Of a stretch of 64,000 nt of DNA, positions 1 through 9,241 are shown one piece after another. The translations under genes and the position numbers were made by a program. The notes beneath the pieces are model-generated. The model did no database searches. It worked only from the letters and a program-made list of their open reading frames with translations, and was not told the origin of the DNA. The stretch covers positions 32,001 to 96,000 of IMG/VR virus record IMGVR_UViG_2772190672_000001. One strand, given 5' to 3'. The stretch comes from a virus (taxonomy: Duplodnaviria > Caudoviricetes). Each line of letters begins with the position of its first letter. The stretch's first letter is position 1.

Positions 1-509
1 TCTGCTACGCCGTCGCCGTCGGTGTCGTCGCAGCGTTGGCGGCAGACGGTGTCGATGCAGTCGGTGGTGCAGGGGCCCGCGTCAGCCGGGGCCGGTCCCG
101 GCATGAACATGCCCGTAAGCGGGTTGACCCATCCGACGACAACCGGGTCCGGAGCCTGGGTGTCGCAGTCCGCGCAGTCCGACCGGACCACGACCAGGAT
201 CGTCGTCCCGTCCGCCCGGCACAGCGGCGCCGTCGTGATGGACGGCGAGCAGCTGCAGCCCAGCGTGCACGGCCCGGCGTCGGCCGGTGCCGCGCCGGGC
301 GTGTAGGTGCCGGTCGCCGGGTCGATCCAGCCGACGACGGCCGGATCGGCGGCCGGGCTGCCGCAGGTGGCGCATTCGGAGCGGATGACGAGGAGAACGG
401 TCGTGCCGTCGTCGCGGCACAGTGGCGCGGAGGCGATCGACGGCGCGCAGGCGCAGGTGCCTGGCGTGCCTCCCTCGCCGGGCGCGCAGGGGATCGGCTC
501 GACCGGCAC
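1..509 (-). CDS. Cys-rich repeat protein, probable virion/structural protein (runs off the window)
   Basis: Not in ORF track. Read manually from GTG at 509, abutting the TAA of the upstream gene: MPVEPIPC... with two ~65-aa repeats CxCxPSI..APLCRxDGTT.L.V.RS.CxxC...DP.VVGW..P.TG...PG.APADAGPC; high GC3. Confidence 0.75.
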   Translation of the reverse strand, partial: MPVEPIPCAPGEGGTPGTCACAPSIASAPLCRDDGTTVLLVIRSECATCGSPAADPAVVGWIDPATGTYTPGAAPADAGPCTLGCSCSPSITTAPLCRADGTTILVVVRSDCADCDTQAPDPVVVGWVNPLTGMFMPGPAPADAGPCTTDCIDTVCRQRCDDTDGDGVA

Positions 510-1034
510 TTACGCCTCCGGGTGTGCCTGGCGGCGGTGGGTGTCCCGGCCGCGCTCGGACTTGAAGGGGCGGCTGCAGACGTCGCAGGTGAACTCGCCG
601 CCGTCGCCCTGGTCGTCGTTGCCGTCGGCCTGGTCGCTTGAGTCGCTGCCCTCGCCCGGCTGGGCGTCCTCGAGCGCCGTGGTGTCGGCGGCCGGGGTCG
701 GCTCAGCGCCGGCCGGGTACGCCTCGGCGGGCACCTCGGGCAGCGGCTCGCCGGGGATCCCCTCCCGCTCCGGCAGGCCCACGCCGAGAAGTTCGGCGCC
801 GCCGCTGTCGGCTGGCTCCTTCTGCGCCTGGTCCTCGTCGGGGCTGACGTAGCGGTGGCCGTCCACGACGGAGCCGATCAGCAGGTGCTCGGGCATGTGG
901 ATGAACTGGTCGGCTGGCACCGCGAAGTCGTAGTGCGACGCGGTCCGCACCTTCGGGTTCTGGGCGACCGCCCATAGGGCGAACTCGCGGCGCAGCGCGG
1001 CGGTGGGCTGGACACGGATCAGCTCGGGTGGCAT
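510..1034 (-). CDS. Phage hypothetical protein with acidic linker and C-terminal C2H2-type zinc finger
   Basis: ATG at 1034; C-terminus CDVCSRPFKSERGRDTHRRQAH. Confidence 0.75.
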   Translation of the reverse strand: MPPELIRVQPTAALRREFALWAVAQNPKVRTASHYDFAVPADQFIHMPEHLLIGSVVDGHRYVSPDEDQAQKEPADSGGAELLGVGLPEREGIPGEPLPEVPAEAYPAGAEPTPAADTTALEDAQPGEGSDSSDQADGNDDQGDGGEFTCDVCSRPFKSERGRDTHRRQAHPEA

Positions 1035-1042
1035 GGCGGTCC

Positions 1043-1897
1043 TCACGGGCAGGTGGTGACGAGCACCGCGCACACGGTGCAGGTGGTCGCGGGTACGTAG
1101 GTGCGCTCGGCGAGTACGCGCCGGGTGTTGACCCTCCGGTCGATGGAGGCGCCCGCGTTGTCGGGGATGAGGTCGATCGGGCCGCGGCGCACCACGACGG
1201 GCCCGGAGATGTACAGCCAGGCCGTGCCGGGCGGGGCCGGCGTTCCGTCGGGCCCGGAGTTCGCGGCCGAGTATCCGGAGCCGACCACGACGCAGTTCCC
1301 GGCGAGCGTGGACAGCCGGTTGCCGTCGACGTAGGCGATGTTGCAGCAGCCCAGCAGCGCGGCTGCGCCCGTCGGGACGTGGAGAGTGCCCATGCCGCCG
1401 TAGATCTCGGCGAGGCAGCCTTCCAGCGCGGCCACGCCCTGCGCGATCGACACCGGCCCCTGCGAGGGGGTCAGGTCGATCGCGCGCGGGGCGAGGGTGT
1501 ACCGCATGAACGCCGACTCGACGGCCTGCTGCTCCCCCAGCTCCAGCGACATCCGGACGTGGTCGATGGCCTCCTGGTACGACCAGCCGATGGTCGAGCA
1601 GATCGCCCCGGCGTAGATCGTGACCGGATCGGCCTCTTCGTGGATCGGCGGATAGAACTCCTTCTGGCCCGGTAGAGGGCCTGGCGACTCGCCCGGGGAC
1701 TGGTCACCGGGGGACTCGCCGGGCGGGCACCAGTCGGTGTCACGGACTGGGGAGCAGCCCAGTGCCATCCACTCGACACCAAGCAGCTCGTGCTCGTCGG
1801 TGACGTCGATGACGTTCGTGCAGCCGCCGAGGATCCCGTACGGCAACGGCGTGCCTGGGATGGCCTCGACGCGGCGTCGCATGCCGGCGGGTGGCAC
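1043..1897 (-). CDS. Phage structural protein downstream of capsid (minor capsid-like)
   Basis: GAGGAGG RBS before GTG; position directly after the major capsid gene; Cys-rich. Confidence 0.65.
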   Translation of the reverse strand: MPPAGMRRRVEAIPGTPLPYGILGGCTNVIDVTDEHELLGVEWMALGCSPVRDTDWCPPGESPGDQSPGESPGPLPGQKEFYPPIHEEADPVTIYAGAICSTIGWSYQEAIDHVRMSLELGEQQAVESAFMRYTLAPRAIDLTPSQGPVSIAQGVAALEGCLAEIYGGMGTLHVPTGAAALLGCCNIAYVDGNRLSTLAGNCVVVGSGYSAANSGPDGTPAPPGTAWLYISGPVVVRRGPIDLIPDNAGASIDRRVNTRRVLAERTYVPATTCTVCAVLVTTCP

Positions 1898-1967
1898 CTG
1901 CCCACCTCCTCATACTGTGCGCGCCGAGCCCGCCGGGGGCGGGTCTCGGCGCTGGGGCGGGTGTGGG

Positions 1968-3599
1968 TCAGGCGATCGGGCAGGCGATGCCGAGCTGCTC
2001 GCCGGTGCGGCCGTCGGGGCAGACCGGGACGGTCACGACGCGGGACTCGGGGCCGCGGGCGATGAGCGCCACGCACTCCTCGGAGAAGGCCGCCGTGTAG
2101 TCGTTGGTCTGGAACTTGGTCGAGTCGTGGATCACGCCCAGCGAGATCTCGCCGCCGCGGCCGATCTGGAACGTGCCCGCCGGGTGGATCAGGAACGGGA
2201 TGCTGTCCGGCCAGTCGGTGGCCGGGGTCGGGCCGCCGATCTGGGTCGGGACGTTCGGCGACAGGCCGCGCGCCCACTGCACGCGGACACCGAGGGTGGC
2301 GAACGCGTTGATGATGCAGGACTCGTCGATCTCGTCGCAGGCGACGCCGTTACGGCGGGCGATGTCGGCGAGGAACATCGCCTTGCTCCACCACGGGAAG
2401 ACGACCTCGATCGAGATCGACTCACACAGGGAGTGCCGCTCGACCATGTCGGCGGCTTGCAGGGCGACCGCCGCGAAGATCGCGGAGAACGCGCCGAACG
2501 TCTTGGCGATGGTGACCGGCGTGGACGCGGCCACGGCCTGGTCGAAGAGGACCTGACGGACGCGCAGCTCGTGGGCGACCATCGTGTTCCGCTGGTACCA
2601 GGCGACCAGCTCGGGGAAATGCCTCTGGGTCAGGATGCCGGCCTCCAGGCAGACACCGACCGCGTCACAGCGGATCTCGTCCGGCTCCGGGCAGGGGATC
2701 TTGAAGCACGGCTTGACCGCACCGGAGATGTCGTCGGCCTCGGTGTGGACGAACGTCATCGAGCCGACGTCCAGCGACGGGATCTTGAAGAACCGCAGGC
2801 CGCCACGGGCGAGCTGGATCTCGGGCGCGTCCCACAGCATCTCGGGGCACGCGATGTCGGTCAGCGTGTAGACGGTCTCGGACGGGGCGCACCAGCCGCC
2901 GGAGGCGACGATGTTGCCCTGCGGCAGGCGGGACTGGTCGGCGGCCAGCAGGACCGCCCGGGTGCCCTCGGTGCCCGACGAGCTGTCGTTGATGATGAGG
3001 TTGTTGTCGAACGGCAGCCGGTACGAGGCGCACAGGCCGACGCCGCCGCCTGCGGTCTTGAGGGCGTTCGCGCGGCGGATGATGCCCTCGGTGACGCCCT
3101 CCATGTCGAGCGGCTGGCCGGGCTGGTAGCCGGGCACGTCGACGGACGCGGTGATCTCGGGGCGCGGGTTCGGGTCCGGGGGCAGTACACGCGGCTGGTG
3201 CACGCGGACGCGGGACAGGTCGAGGGCACGGGACTTGGCGACCGCACCTGAAGCGGTGATCGGCTTCTCGGGCTCGGGCTCGACGGCCGGCTCGGGCTCG
3301 GCCGGCTCCTCCGGCTCGGTCGCCGCGGCGGTGGCCTCCTCGCCGTCGTCGCCGCGCACTGCGGCGGCCAGCTGCTCGATCTCGGCCGCGGCCTGCTCGG
3401 CGGCCTCGATGCGCTCGGCCTTCTCCGCGCGGATGTCGTTGACGGCGGTCGCCAGCTCGCGGAGCTTGGCGAGGTCGTCGGTGGTGACGGTGCTGCTGCC
3501 CGCCTTGGCGTCGAAGGCCTTCACGGCGCCGTCGAGCAGGGTGTCCAGTTCCTCGTCGCTGAGGGCGGTGATGTCCTCGGGAAGGGAGAACTCGTCCAT
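1968..3599 (-). CDS. Major capsid protein with N-terminal coiled-coil/scaffold region
   Basis: Acidic Ala/Glu coiled-coil N-terminus, then ASGGWCAPSETVY motif typical of actinophage capsid proteins; context with portal and terminase. Confidence 0.85.
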   Translation of the reverse strand: MDEFSLPEDITALSDEELDTLLDGAVKAFDAKAGSSTVTTDDLAKLRELATAVNDIRAEKAERIEAAEQAAAEIEQLAAAVRGDDGEEATAAATEPEEPAEPEPAVEPEPEKPITASGAVAKSRALDLSRVRVHQPRVLPPDPNPRPEITASVDVPGYQPGQPLDMEGVTEGIIRRANALKTAGGGVGLCASYRLPFDNNLIINDSSSGTEGTRAVLLAADQSRLPQGNIVASGGWCAPSETVYTLTDIACPEMLWDAPEIQLARGGLRFFKIPSLDVGSMTFVHTEADDISGAVKPCFKIPCPEPDEIRCDAVGVCLEAGILTQRHFPELVAWYQRNTMVAHELRVRQVLFDQAVAASTPVTIAKTFGAFSAIFAAVALQAADMVERHSLCESISIEVVFPWWSKAMFLADIARRNGVACDEIDESCIINAFATLGVRVQWARGLSPNVPTQIGGPTPATDWPDSIPFLIHPAGTFQIGRGGEISLGVIHDSTKFQTNDYTAAFSEECVALIARGPESRVVTVPVCPDGRTGEQLGIACPIA

Positions 3600-4128
3600 G
3601 GGGCCGGGCTCCAAAAGATCGATCTTGGAGTCGCTCGGCCCAAAACCAGCAGCGCGCTGATAGCACAGCATAGCCATGGATCAGTACGCGCTGCCGGTGT
3701 CGTTACGTACGGTCATCCGGCCGGCGGACCGGGACGGAGCATGTGACTTGGCCCCCACCCGAATTCCACGAGCGTGTGTACTCGGTCACACGGAACGCTC
3801 TTGCAAGGTGCTAGGGCTTGCCGACTCTACCGAGACGCCACCTGTTGACCGAGCGGGCATCGATGCACTTCGGAGAGGCCGCACACCGCCCGACGGGACG
3901 TCAAGAAACGGCGACACGCCCGGGGTTCGGTACTGCCCTCAAGGCGTTGTGGCCGAGATCACCTTTGTTGCCTGTCAAATGGCCGAAGTGCCTCACTTGT
4001 TCCAGCGCCCCAACCGGGGTTCTCCCACAGGCTTTTAGCCGCAGTCGTGCCCCTGGCATGACTGCGGCCCCCTGATGGCACAGGGGGCCGCCGGGTCATT
4101 GCGCGAGACCAAGAAGGTCAGGTAACCC

Positions 4129-4386
4129 GTGTTCCACCGTAATAGCGACCGCTCCGAGCGCAAAGGGCACGAGACGCGGCTCACTCCGGGCCGGCGGCGT
4201 CTCCTCGCTGCTGCAGCCGTCTCCACGGCCGGTCTGGGCCTCGGCTTCTGCGTGGTCGTTCACGCCGTCACCCCGGACGAGGCGACCGCCTTGTCCAAGG
4301 TCGGCAGCTCGGCTGCGTACGTCGTGGCGCTCGTGATGCGCCGCGGCCCCGGCTCGGGTCCGGGCGGCGTCGCCCTCGGTAAGTAG
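4129..4386 (+). CDS. Small membrane protein
   Basis: Two hydrophobic segments; fills the gap between head genes. Confidence 0.45.
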   Translation: MFHRNSDRSERKGHETRLTPGRRRLLAAAAVSTAGLGLGFCVVVHAVTPDEATALSKVGSSAAYVVALVMRRGPGSGPGGVALGK

Positions 4387-4448
4387 CACCGCCCGCGGTG
4401 AGGGGCTCGGACGCCACGCCTCAGCCCCTCACCGCGTAGCCGGCCCAC

Positions 4449-4682
4449 TCACTGCGTGGTGGCGGACTGCTTGGTCGAGGTGTGCACGATGCGACCGCTG
4501 GACTGCTCACGGACCTGCGCGTCCAGGTACCGGTTGGCGATGGCTTTCACGGTCTCGACGTTGGAGTGCTTGAAGACGACCTTGCCGCCGGGGATGACGG
4601 CCTCGAACATCTCGGGCTTCGGCACGCTGCTGGTGTCGCCGTTCTGGCGGGCCTGGCGGTTCTTGCCGCAGTTGCATCCCAT
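4449..4682 (-). CDS. Small phage protein (MGCNCG N-terminus)
   Basis: Overlaps upstream stop (TGATG), AAGGAG RBS. Confidence 0.75.
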   Translation of the reverse strand: MGCNCGKNRQARQNGDTSSVPKPEMFEAVIPGGKVVFKHSNVETVKAIANRYLDAQVREQSSGRIVHTSTKQSATTQ

Positions 4683-7600
4683 CAGTCGTTCTCCTTCGGT
4701 GTCGCGGCGCTTGCGGTGATCTCTTCGGGGGTGATGGCGAGGGAGGCCTGCAGGGCTTCGATCTCGGCGCGGCGGGCCGCCTCCCGCTCGGCCATCGCGT
4801 CGAGGAGCCGGTCCACGAACGAGTCGGTCAGCAGGGCTGCGGCCAGCTCGTCACCGGTCGGGGCCGGCGGCTGTCCGGACACGCTGTCCGGACGCTGTCC
4901 CGGCAGGTCAACGCCGTTGTCCGGGCCGGGCTCGGACGCTGTCCGGGCGGTGTCCTGATCTTGTCCGGGCACGGTGTCCGTGGCGGGCAGGAGGCCGGCG
5001 GCCGACGCGGCGAGGGCGAGTTCGGCGCGCTCGGCAACGGCGTGCATCGCGGCGAGCAGCGGCGTGGAGTGGCCGGGCACCGGCACCGTCAGGACCGCGC
5101 GGAGCTGCCACTTGCCGTCCCGGCCCTGCTTCAGGTGGTAGCTGGGCTGGCAGGCCGCGAACACCGACCGGTCCCACTCAGACAGCCACGGCGCCGCTGC
5201 GCCCGAGAACCACAGGCCGCGCGAGCTGAGGCCGACCGTGACGATCGCCCCGACGGTCCTCGTGTCATCGAACTGGCAGGACGCGGTCTCGCATTCGGCC
5301 CCGTCCCTGTGATGGCCCACGTTCATGGTCATCGCACCGACGCGCACGGTGGTGCCGTCGTCCAGCTGCCTCTTGGCGCGCAGGAAGTGCGTCAGGTCCA
5401 GGCCCTGCGCGGACAGCTTGCGCACGGTCAGGTTCTTGCCGGGGTAGCCGGCGTGCGGCTCGTCCATCGTGGCCACGAACCCGAACACGCGGCCGTCCTT
5501 GTAGTGGACGCCTCCGGAGCCGTCGGGCAGCTCCTCGACGGTCGGCTCCTGGAACCAGGCGGCGGGCATCGGCGGCATCTGCTGCAGGGCGTGCCACGCC
5601 GAGGCTTCGATCTCCGGGGGCAGGCCGAGCGAGGCGGTCTCGTCGGCCCACGGCGGGCGGATCGAGTCGTCCTTGTACGCCTTGGCGAGTGCCGCGTACA
5701 GCTTGTCCGCCTGGTCGCGCAGGTCGGGGATCTCGTCCTCGGGGATGTCGGCGCCGCCCATGCTGCCCTGCAGGACACCGGCGGCCGCGTACACGCCGTT
5801 GGCGACGATCTCCAGGCGCGGACTGCCGCCGTTGTCGAAGACGTCGGCGTAGCCCAGCTTGTACGCGTCGGCGGTGGCGGGGTCGCCTTCCGGGTCGCGG
5901 TACAGGAACGCCGACCCGAGCTTGTCCGCATCGACGTTGCCCTGGTCGTCGGTGGCCCAGTCCAGGACGCGGCTGCGCGCCTGGTCGCCCTCCCACTTCG
6001 CCTCGCGGTCCTCGTGGACCGGCAGGTCGGTGCTGCCCGAGACGGCCGCGCTGACCTCGCCCTCGGGCAGGTCGGAGGCGCCGACGTACTGGCCGGGCGC
6101 GAGCCGGACGATCCGCCCGTTCTTCGCGGCCCGCCCGAGGTGCCCGCGCGCCGACTGCATGCTGATGTCCAGGGCGTTGGCGACCTCTCGGGCGCCGACC
6201 GCGACCGGGGACGTGCACACGTAGGTGACGACCCGCTCGTGCGTCTCGGAGGCCGCTGTGAGGACGACCGCCGGGGCCGCCGACGCCGCCTCCTGCACCG
6301 GGTCGAGGACGATCCGGGCCCGGTTGTAGGCCGGCATCGCCACGAGGGTGGCGCCGCGCAGCCTGGCCTTGGTGATGCGGATCAGGAAGTCGCCGGACTT
6401 CTCCGAGTGCACGACCAGGCCCTCGTCGGGGTTGTCGGGGTCGCCGGCCGCCGCGGTGAGCGCACCGGAGCGGGCGAACGCGGTGCGGATCGTGGCCGCG
6501 TTGACGACGCCGCCGGGGCCGGTGATGACCTGCAGGTCGAACCGGTTGCGGGCGATGTGGCCGCCGGTCGAGGCGGTCCACTCGGGGCGGGTGGCGCCGG
6601 ACAGCATGATCGAGCCGTCCTCCATGCGCAGCACGCTCGCCTCGGCGAGGTGCGCGGAGGCGAACAGCCAGTCGGCGTCTTCCGGGGTGAGGGTCTTGTC
6701 CACGAACTCCACGTCGACGTCGTCCAGGTCGACGCTCACGCCGAGCGGTGCCTCCTGCTCCAGCAGCATTACCGCGTCCTGCCCGGTGTGCCGGTTCAGG
6801 TACAGGACCCCGGCCGCCGTGATCCGGTTGCCGTCGCGCATGACCGTGTTGATGGCGCCGCACAGCTCGGCGCCGTCATGGCCCATGCCCATTTCCTCGG
6901 CGTACTGCAGCGGCTTGGGATCGCGGTCCCAGTACAGCGAGCCGGGCGTGAACACGCGGCCGTCGCCGGTCTGCTCGTTCTCGAACGCGATGGCCGTATC
7001 ACCGGGCGTCGACCACGCACGCGTCGTGATCGGCTCGGCCATGACGTCGGCCTGAGCGGTTGCGGGCATGGTGTCTTCCTCCTGCTGGGGGCCGAGAGGG
7101 ATGTCCGTGTACTCGCCGGCGAAGGCGACCCGCACACGGTCGAAGGTGACTGCGCCGAGGCGGTCTTCGAGTTCGGCGAGCAGGTCGCCGTCGCCGTACG
7201 CGGCGGTGACGTGGGCGACCCACGGGGAGTGCTGGGCGGGGACCTGCTCGTCGTCCAGCTCGCTCTGGCGGATGGCGTACCCGGCGACGTTGCGCACCTC
7301 GTGCAGGTACGGGCTGGCCTCGGGCCGGTCGTCGCCGGTGTCGTCGCTGACGGCCCACACCCAGCACGGTTCGTCGCCGTTGCCGTTCCACCGGTTCACG
7401 CCGAAGATCCGGCCGGGGACCGGGCCGAGCCCGCGGTCCTGCAGCTCCTGGCGGAGCAGGTCGATGAGGCTGGCCTGCTGGTGGGCGGGGAAGGCGTCGG
7501 CCTTGCCGAGGAAGTACAGCGTGCAATGCAGCTCCTCGGCGGGTTCGCCGCCGTCGACGGCGAGGCGGGCCAGGTCTGCGTCGGACGGGACGAGCGCGAT

Positions 7601-8551
7601 CATCGCGCCGGTGTGGCCGCCCGCCGCGGTGACCGTCTCGGGCCCGCTGGGCACCAGCTCGTAGTCGGCACGGGTCGTGGACATGGCGCGGCGCACGGCA
7701 TCCTGCACAATCCGCCCCATTGCCTTCAAATCGAAGACTTCGCCGCGCGGGCTGTCCTGCGATTCCAAGGCGGAGGCGCGTACCTGCGGGTGGACGGCGA
7801 GGACGCACCGGCAGTTGACGACCTGATTGGCCGGGGCGGTCGGGTCGTGCGGAGCATCCATCGGGATACCGCCGACGGTGAACTGCTCGTCGAGGAGGCG
7901 GATCTGCCCGTTCGCTTCCTTGTGGGCGTGCCGTACGCGGTCGTCGCGCTGGCTGATCCACTGCTTCACGATCGGGGCGTCCGTGCCGGTCACGGCCCGT
8001 GCTGCTCCGAGCGTGGCCGTGTTCCACGCCCGGCCGGCCTCGGTGCGGGCGATGCGCTCCTCGCGGGCGTCACCGAGCTGCGCGCCCTCGCGGGCGAACC
8101 GCTCCCGCAGCCGGGCCCGCAGCTGCTCGATGCTGTCGCCGGCGTCGACCCCGGCGGCCAGCTCCTGGCGGGCGGCCTCGGCCAGCCGGTCACCGACCGC
8201 GCGCATCAGGTGCTCGGTCGTCGTGACGTAGCTGGACATGGCCGGGGGCAGGCCGCGGCCGTCGTCGTACCGGCCTGGCAGGTCGTTCCACTCCTCGGGC
8301 AGCTCGCCGCCGGTGTCGTCGGCGGCCTGCTGCGCGGCGGTCTCGGAGACCCGCAGGAGGCGGCGCACGATGCGCGGCATCCGGTCGGTGAACATGCGGG
8401 CGATCCGGGAGACGGAGAAGCGGGCCGCGACCAGCTCGGTGGCGTCGGCGAGCTGCTGGGCGAACTCGTCGGCCACCTCGGTCAGGACGGCGCTCACCTC
8501 CTGGGCGACGTCCTCCTCCGCCTGGTCGAGGAGCGCATGCAGGTCAGCCAC
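4682..8551 (-). CDS. Fusion: MuF-like minor head domain + 2H phosphoesterase + prohead protease/scaffold-like region
   Basis: RIARTE, KQWISQRDDRVRHAH, NCRC (MuF); HCTL and HVTA (two HxT motifs, 2H family); TGDGRVF...GVSVDLDD...GATLVAMPAY (protease-like). Confidence 0.8.
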   Translation of the reverse strand: MADLHALLDQAEEDVAQEVSAVLTEVADEFAQQLADATELVAARFSVSRIARMFTDRMPRIVRRLLRVSETAAQQAADDTGGELPEEWNDLPGRYDDGRGLPPAMSSYVTTTEHLMRAVGDRLAEAARQELAAGVDAGDSIEQLRARLRERFAREGAQLGDAREERIARTEAGRAWNTATLGAARAVTGTDAPIVKQWISQRDDRVRHAHKEANGQIRLLDEQFTVGGIPMDAPHDPTAPANQVVNCRCVLAVHPQVRASALESQDSPRGEVFDLKAMGRIVQDAVRRAMSTTRADYELVPSGPETVTAAGGHTGAMIALVPSDADLARLAVDGGEPAEELHCTLYFLGKADAFPAHQQASLIDLLRQELQDRGLGPVPGRIFGVNRWNGNGDEPCWVWAVSDDTGDDRPEASPYLHEVRNVAGYAIRQSELDDEQVPAQHSPWVAHVTAAYGDGDLLAELEDRLGAVTFDRVRVAFAGEYTDIPLGPQQEEDTMPATAQADVMAEPITTRAWSTPGDTAIAFENEQTGDGRVFTPGSLYWDRDPKPLQYAEEMGMGHDGAELCGAINTVMRDGNRITAAGVLYLNRHTGQDAVMLLEQEAPLGVSVDLDDVDVEFVDKTLTPEDADWLFASAHLAEASVLRMEDGSIMLSGATRPEWTASTGGHIARNRFDLQVITGPGGVVNAATIRTAFARSGALTAAAGDPDNPDEGLVVHSEKSGDFLIRITKARLRGATLVAMPAYNRARIVLDPVQEAASAAPAVVLTAASETHERVVTYVCTSPVAVGAREVANALDISMQSARGHLGRAAKNGRIVRLAPGQYVGASDLPEGEVSAAVSGSTDLPVHEDREAKWEGDQARSRVLDWATDDQGNVDADKLGSAFLYRDPEGDPATADAYKLGYADVFDNGGSPRLEIVANGVYAAAGVLQGSMGGADIPEDEIPDLRDQADKLYAALAKAYKDDSIRPPWADETASLGLPPEIEASAWHALQQMPPMPAAWFQEPTVEELPDGSGGVHYKDGRVFGFVATMDEPHAGYPGKNLTVRKLSAQGLDLTHFLRAKRQLDDGTTVRVGAMTMNVGHHRDGAECETASCQFDDTRTVGAIVTVGLSSRGLWFSGAAAPWLSEWDRSVFAACQPSYHLKQGRDGKWQLRAVLTVPVPGHSTPLLAAMHAVAERAELALAASAAGLLPATDTVPGQDQDTARTASEPGPDNGVDLPGQRPDSVSGQPPAPTGDELAAALLTDSFVDRLLDAMAEREAARRAEIEALQASLAITPEEITASAATPKEND

Positions 8552-9029
8552 GATCGGACTCCTTGAACTCGTCCAGGGCGGTGATGGTCGGGCACGGGTA
8601 CGGCACGAAGTCCTCGCGGGTGCAGTGCGCGCAGCCGCCGAAGTCGTCCGTGTGCAGGGCCCGCAGACGGGCGACGGCGGCGATCAGGCCGGCGTGCTCC
8701 CAGCACGGGTGCGGCAGGGCGTCGCAGTGCAGGCAGACCGCCCAGCCACCGGCCGGCTTGGGCCCGTCGTCGTCACGGACCTGCGCGGTGACGACCATGA
8801 GGGCTTCACGGCCGCACTCGGGGCACAGCTGCTCGTGGGCCACGGTGACGTCTGTCTCCGGGGCGGGCGTGACGACGTGCTTCGACACCTCGTAGCGGTC
8901 GTTCTCGTGGTGGCGCCAGGCGGCCATCTCCTCAACCGGGTAGCGGCCCGGGCAGTGGGAGCACCAGCCGTGCACGCGGTGGGAGGCCACCGAGTGCCCG
9001 AGCGGCGCCTGGTACTGGGGGTCAGCCAC
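8544..9029 (-). CDS. Hypothetical multi-CxxC protein
   Basis: Four CxxC motifs; overlaps flanking genes. Confidence 0.6.
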   Translation of the reverse strand: MADPQYQAPLGHSVASHRVHGWCSHCPGRYPVEEMAAWRHHENDRYEVSKHVVTPAPETDVTVAHEQLCPECGREALMVVTAQVRDDDGPKPAGGWAVCLHCDALPHPCWEHAGLIAAVARLRALHTDDFGGCAHCTREDFVPYPCPTITALDEFKESDRG

Positions 9030-9219
9030 GGCTCACCTCTCGGTCGTCGGGATCGGAACAGATCTCGCACCACGACCAGTCGCCGACCGTGGAGACGCCG
9101 TCAGCGGTGAGGACCACGACGTGGCCCACGAGGCGGGTGTAGGCCTTGCAGGCCGGGCACCAGTCCTCGCGTGGCGTGCCGGGGTCGATGGCGACGGTGA
9201 GCGGTGCCGGTTGCGGCAT
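9022..9219 (-). CDS. Small zinc-ribbon protein
   Basis: CPAC...CEIC; GGGAG RBS. Confidence 0.6.
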   Translation of the reverse strand: MPQPAPLTVAIDPGTPREDWCPACKAYTRLVGHVVVLTADGVSTVGDWSWCEICSDPDDREVSRG

Positions 9220-9241
9220 GGCGGGTCTCCCTGCGCGGCGG

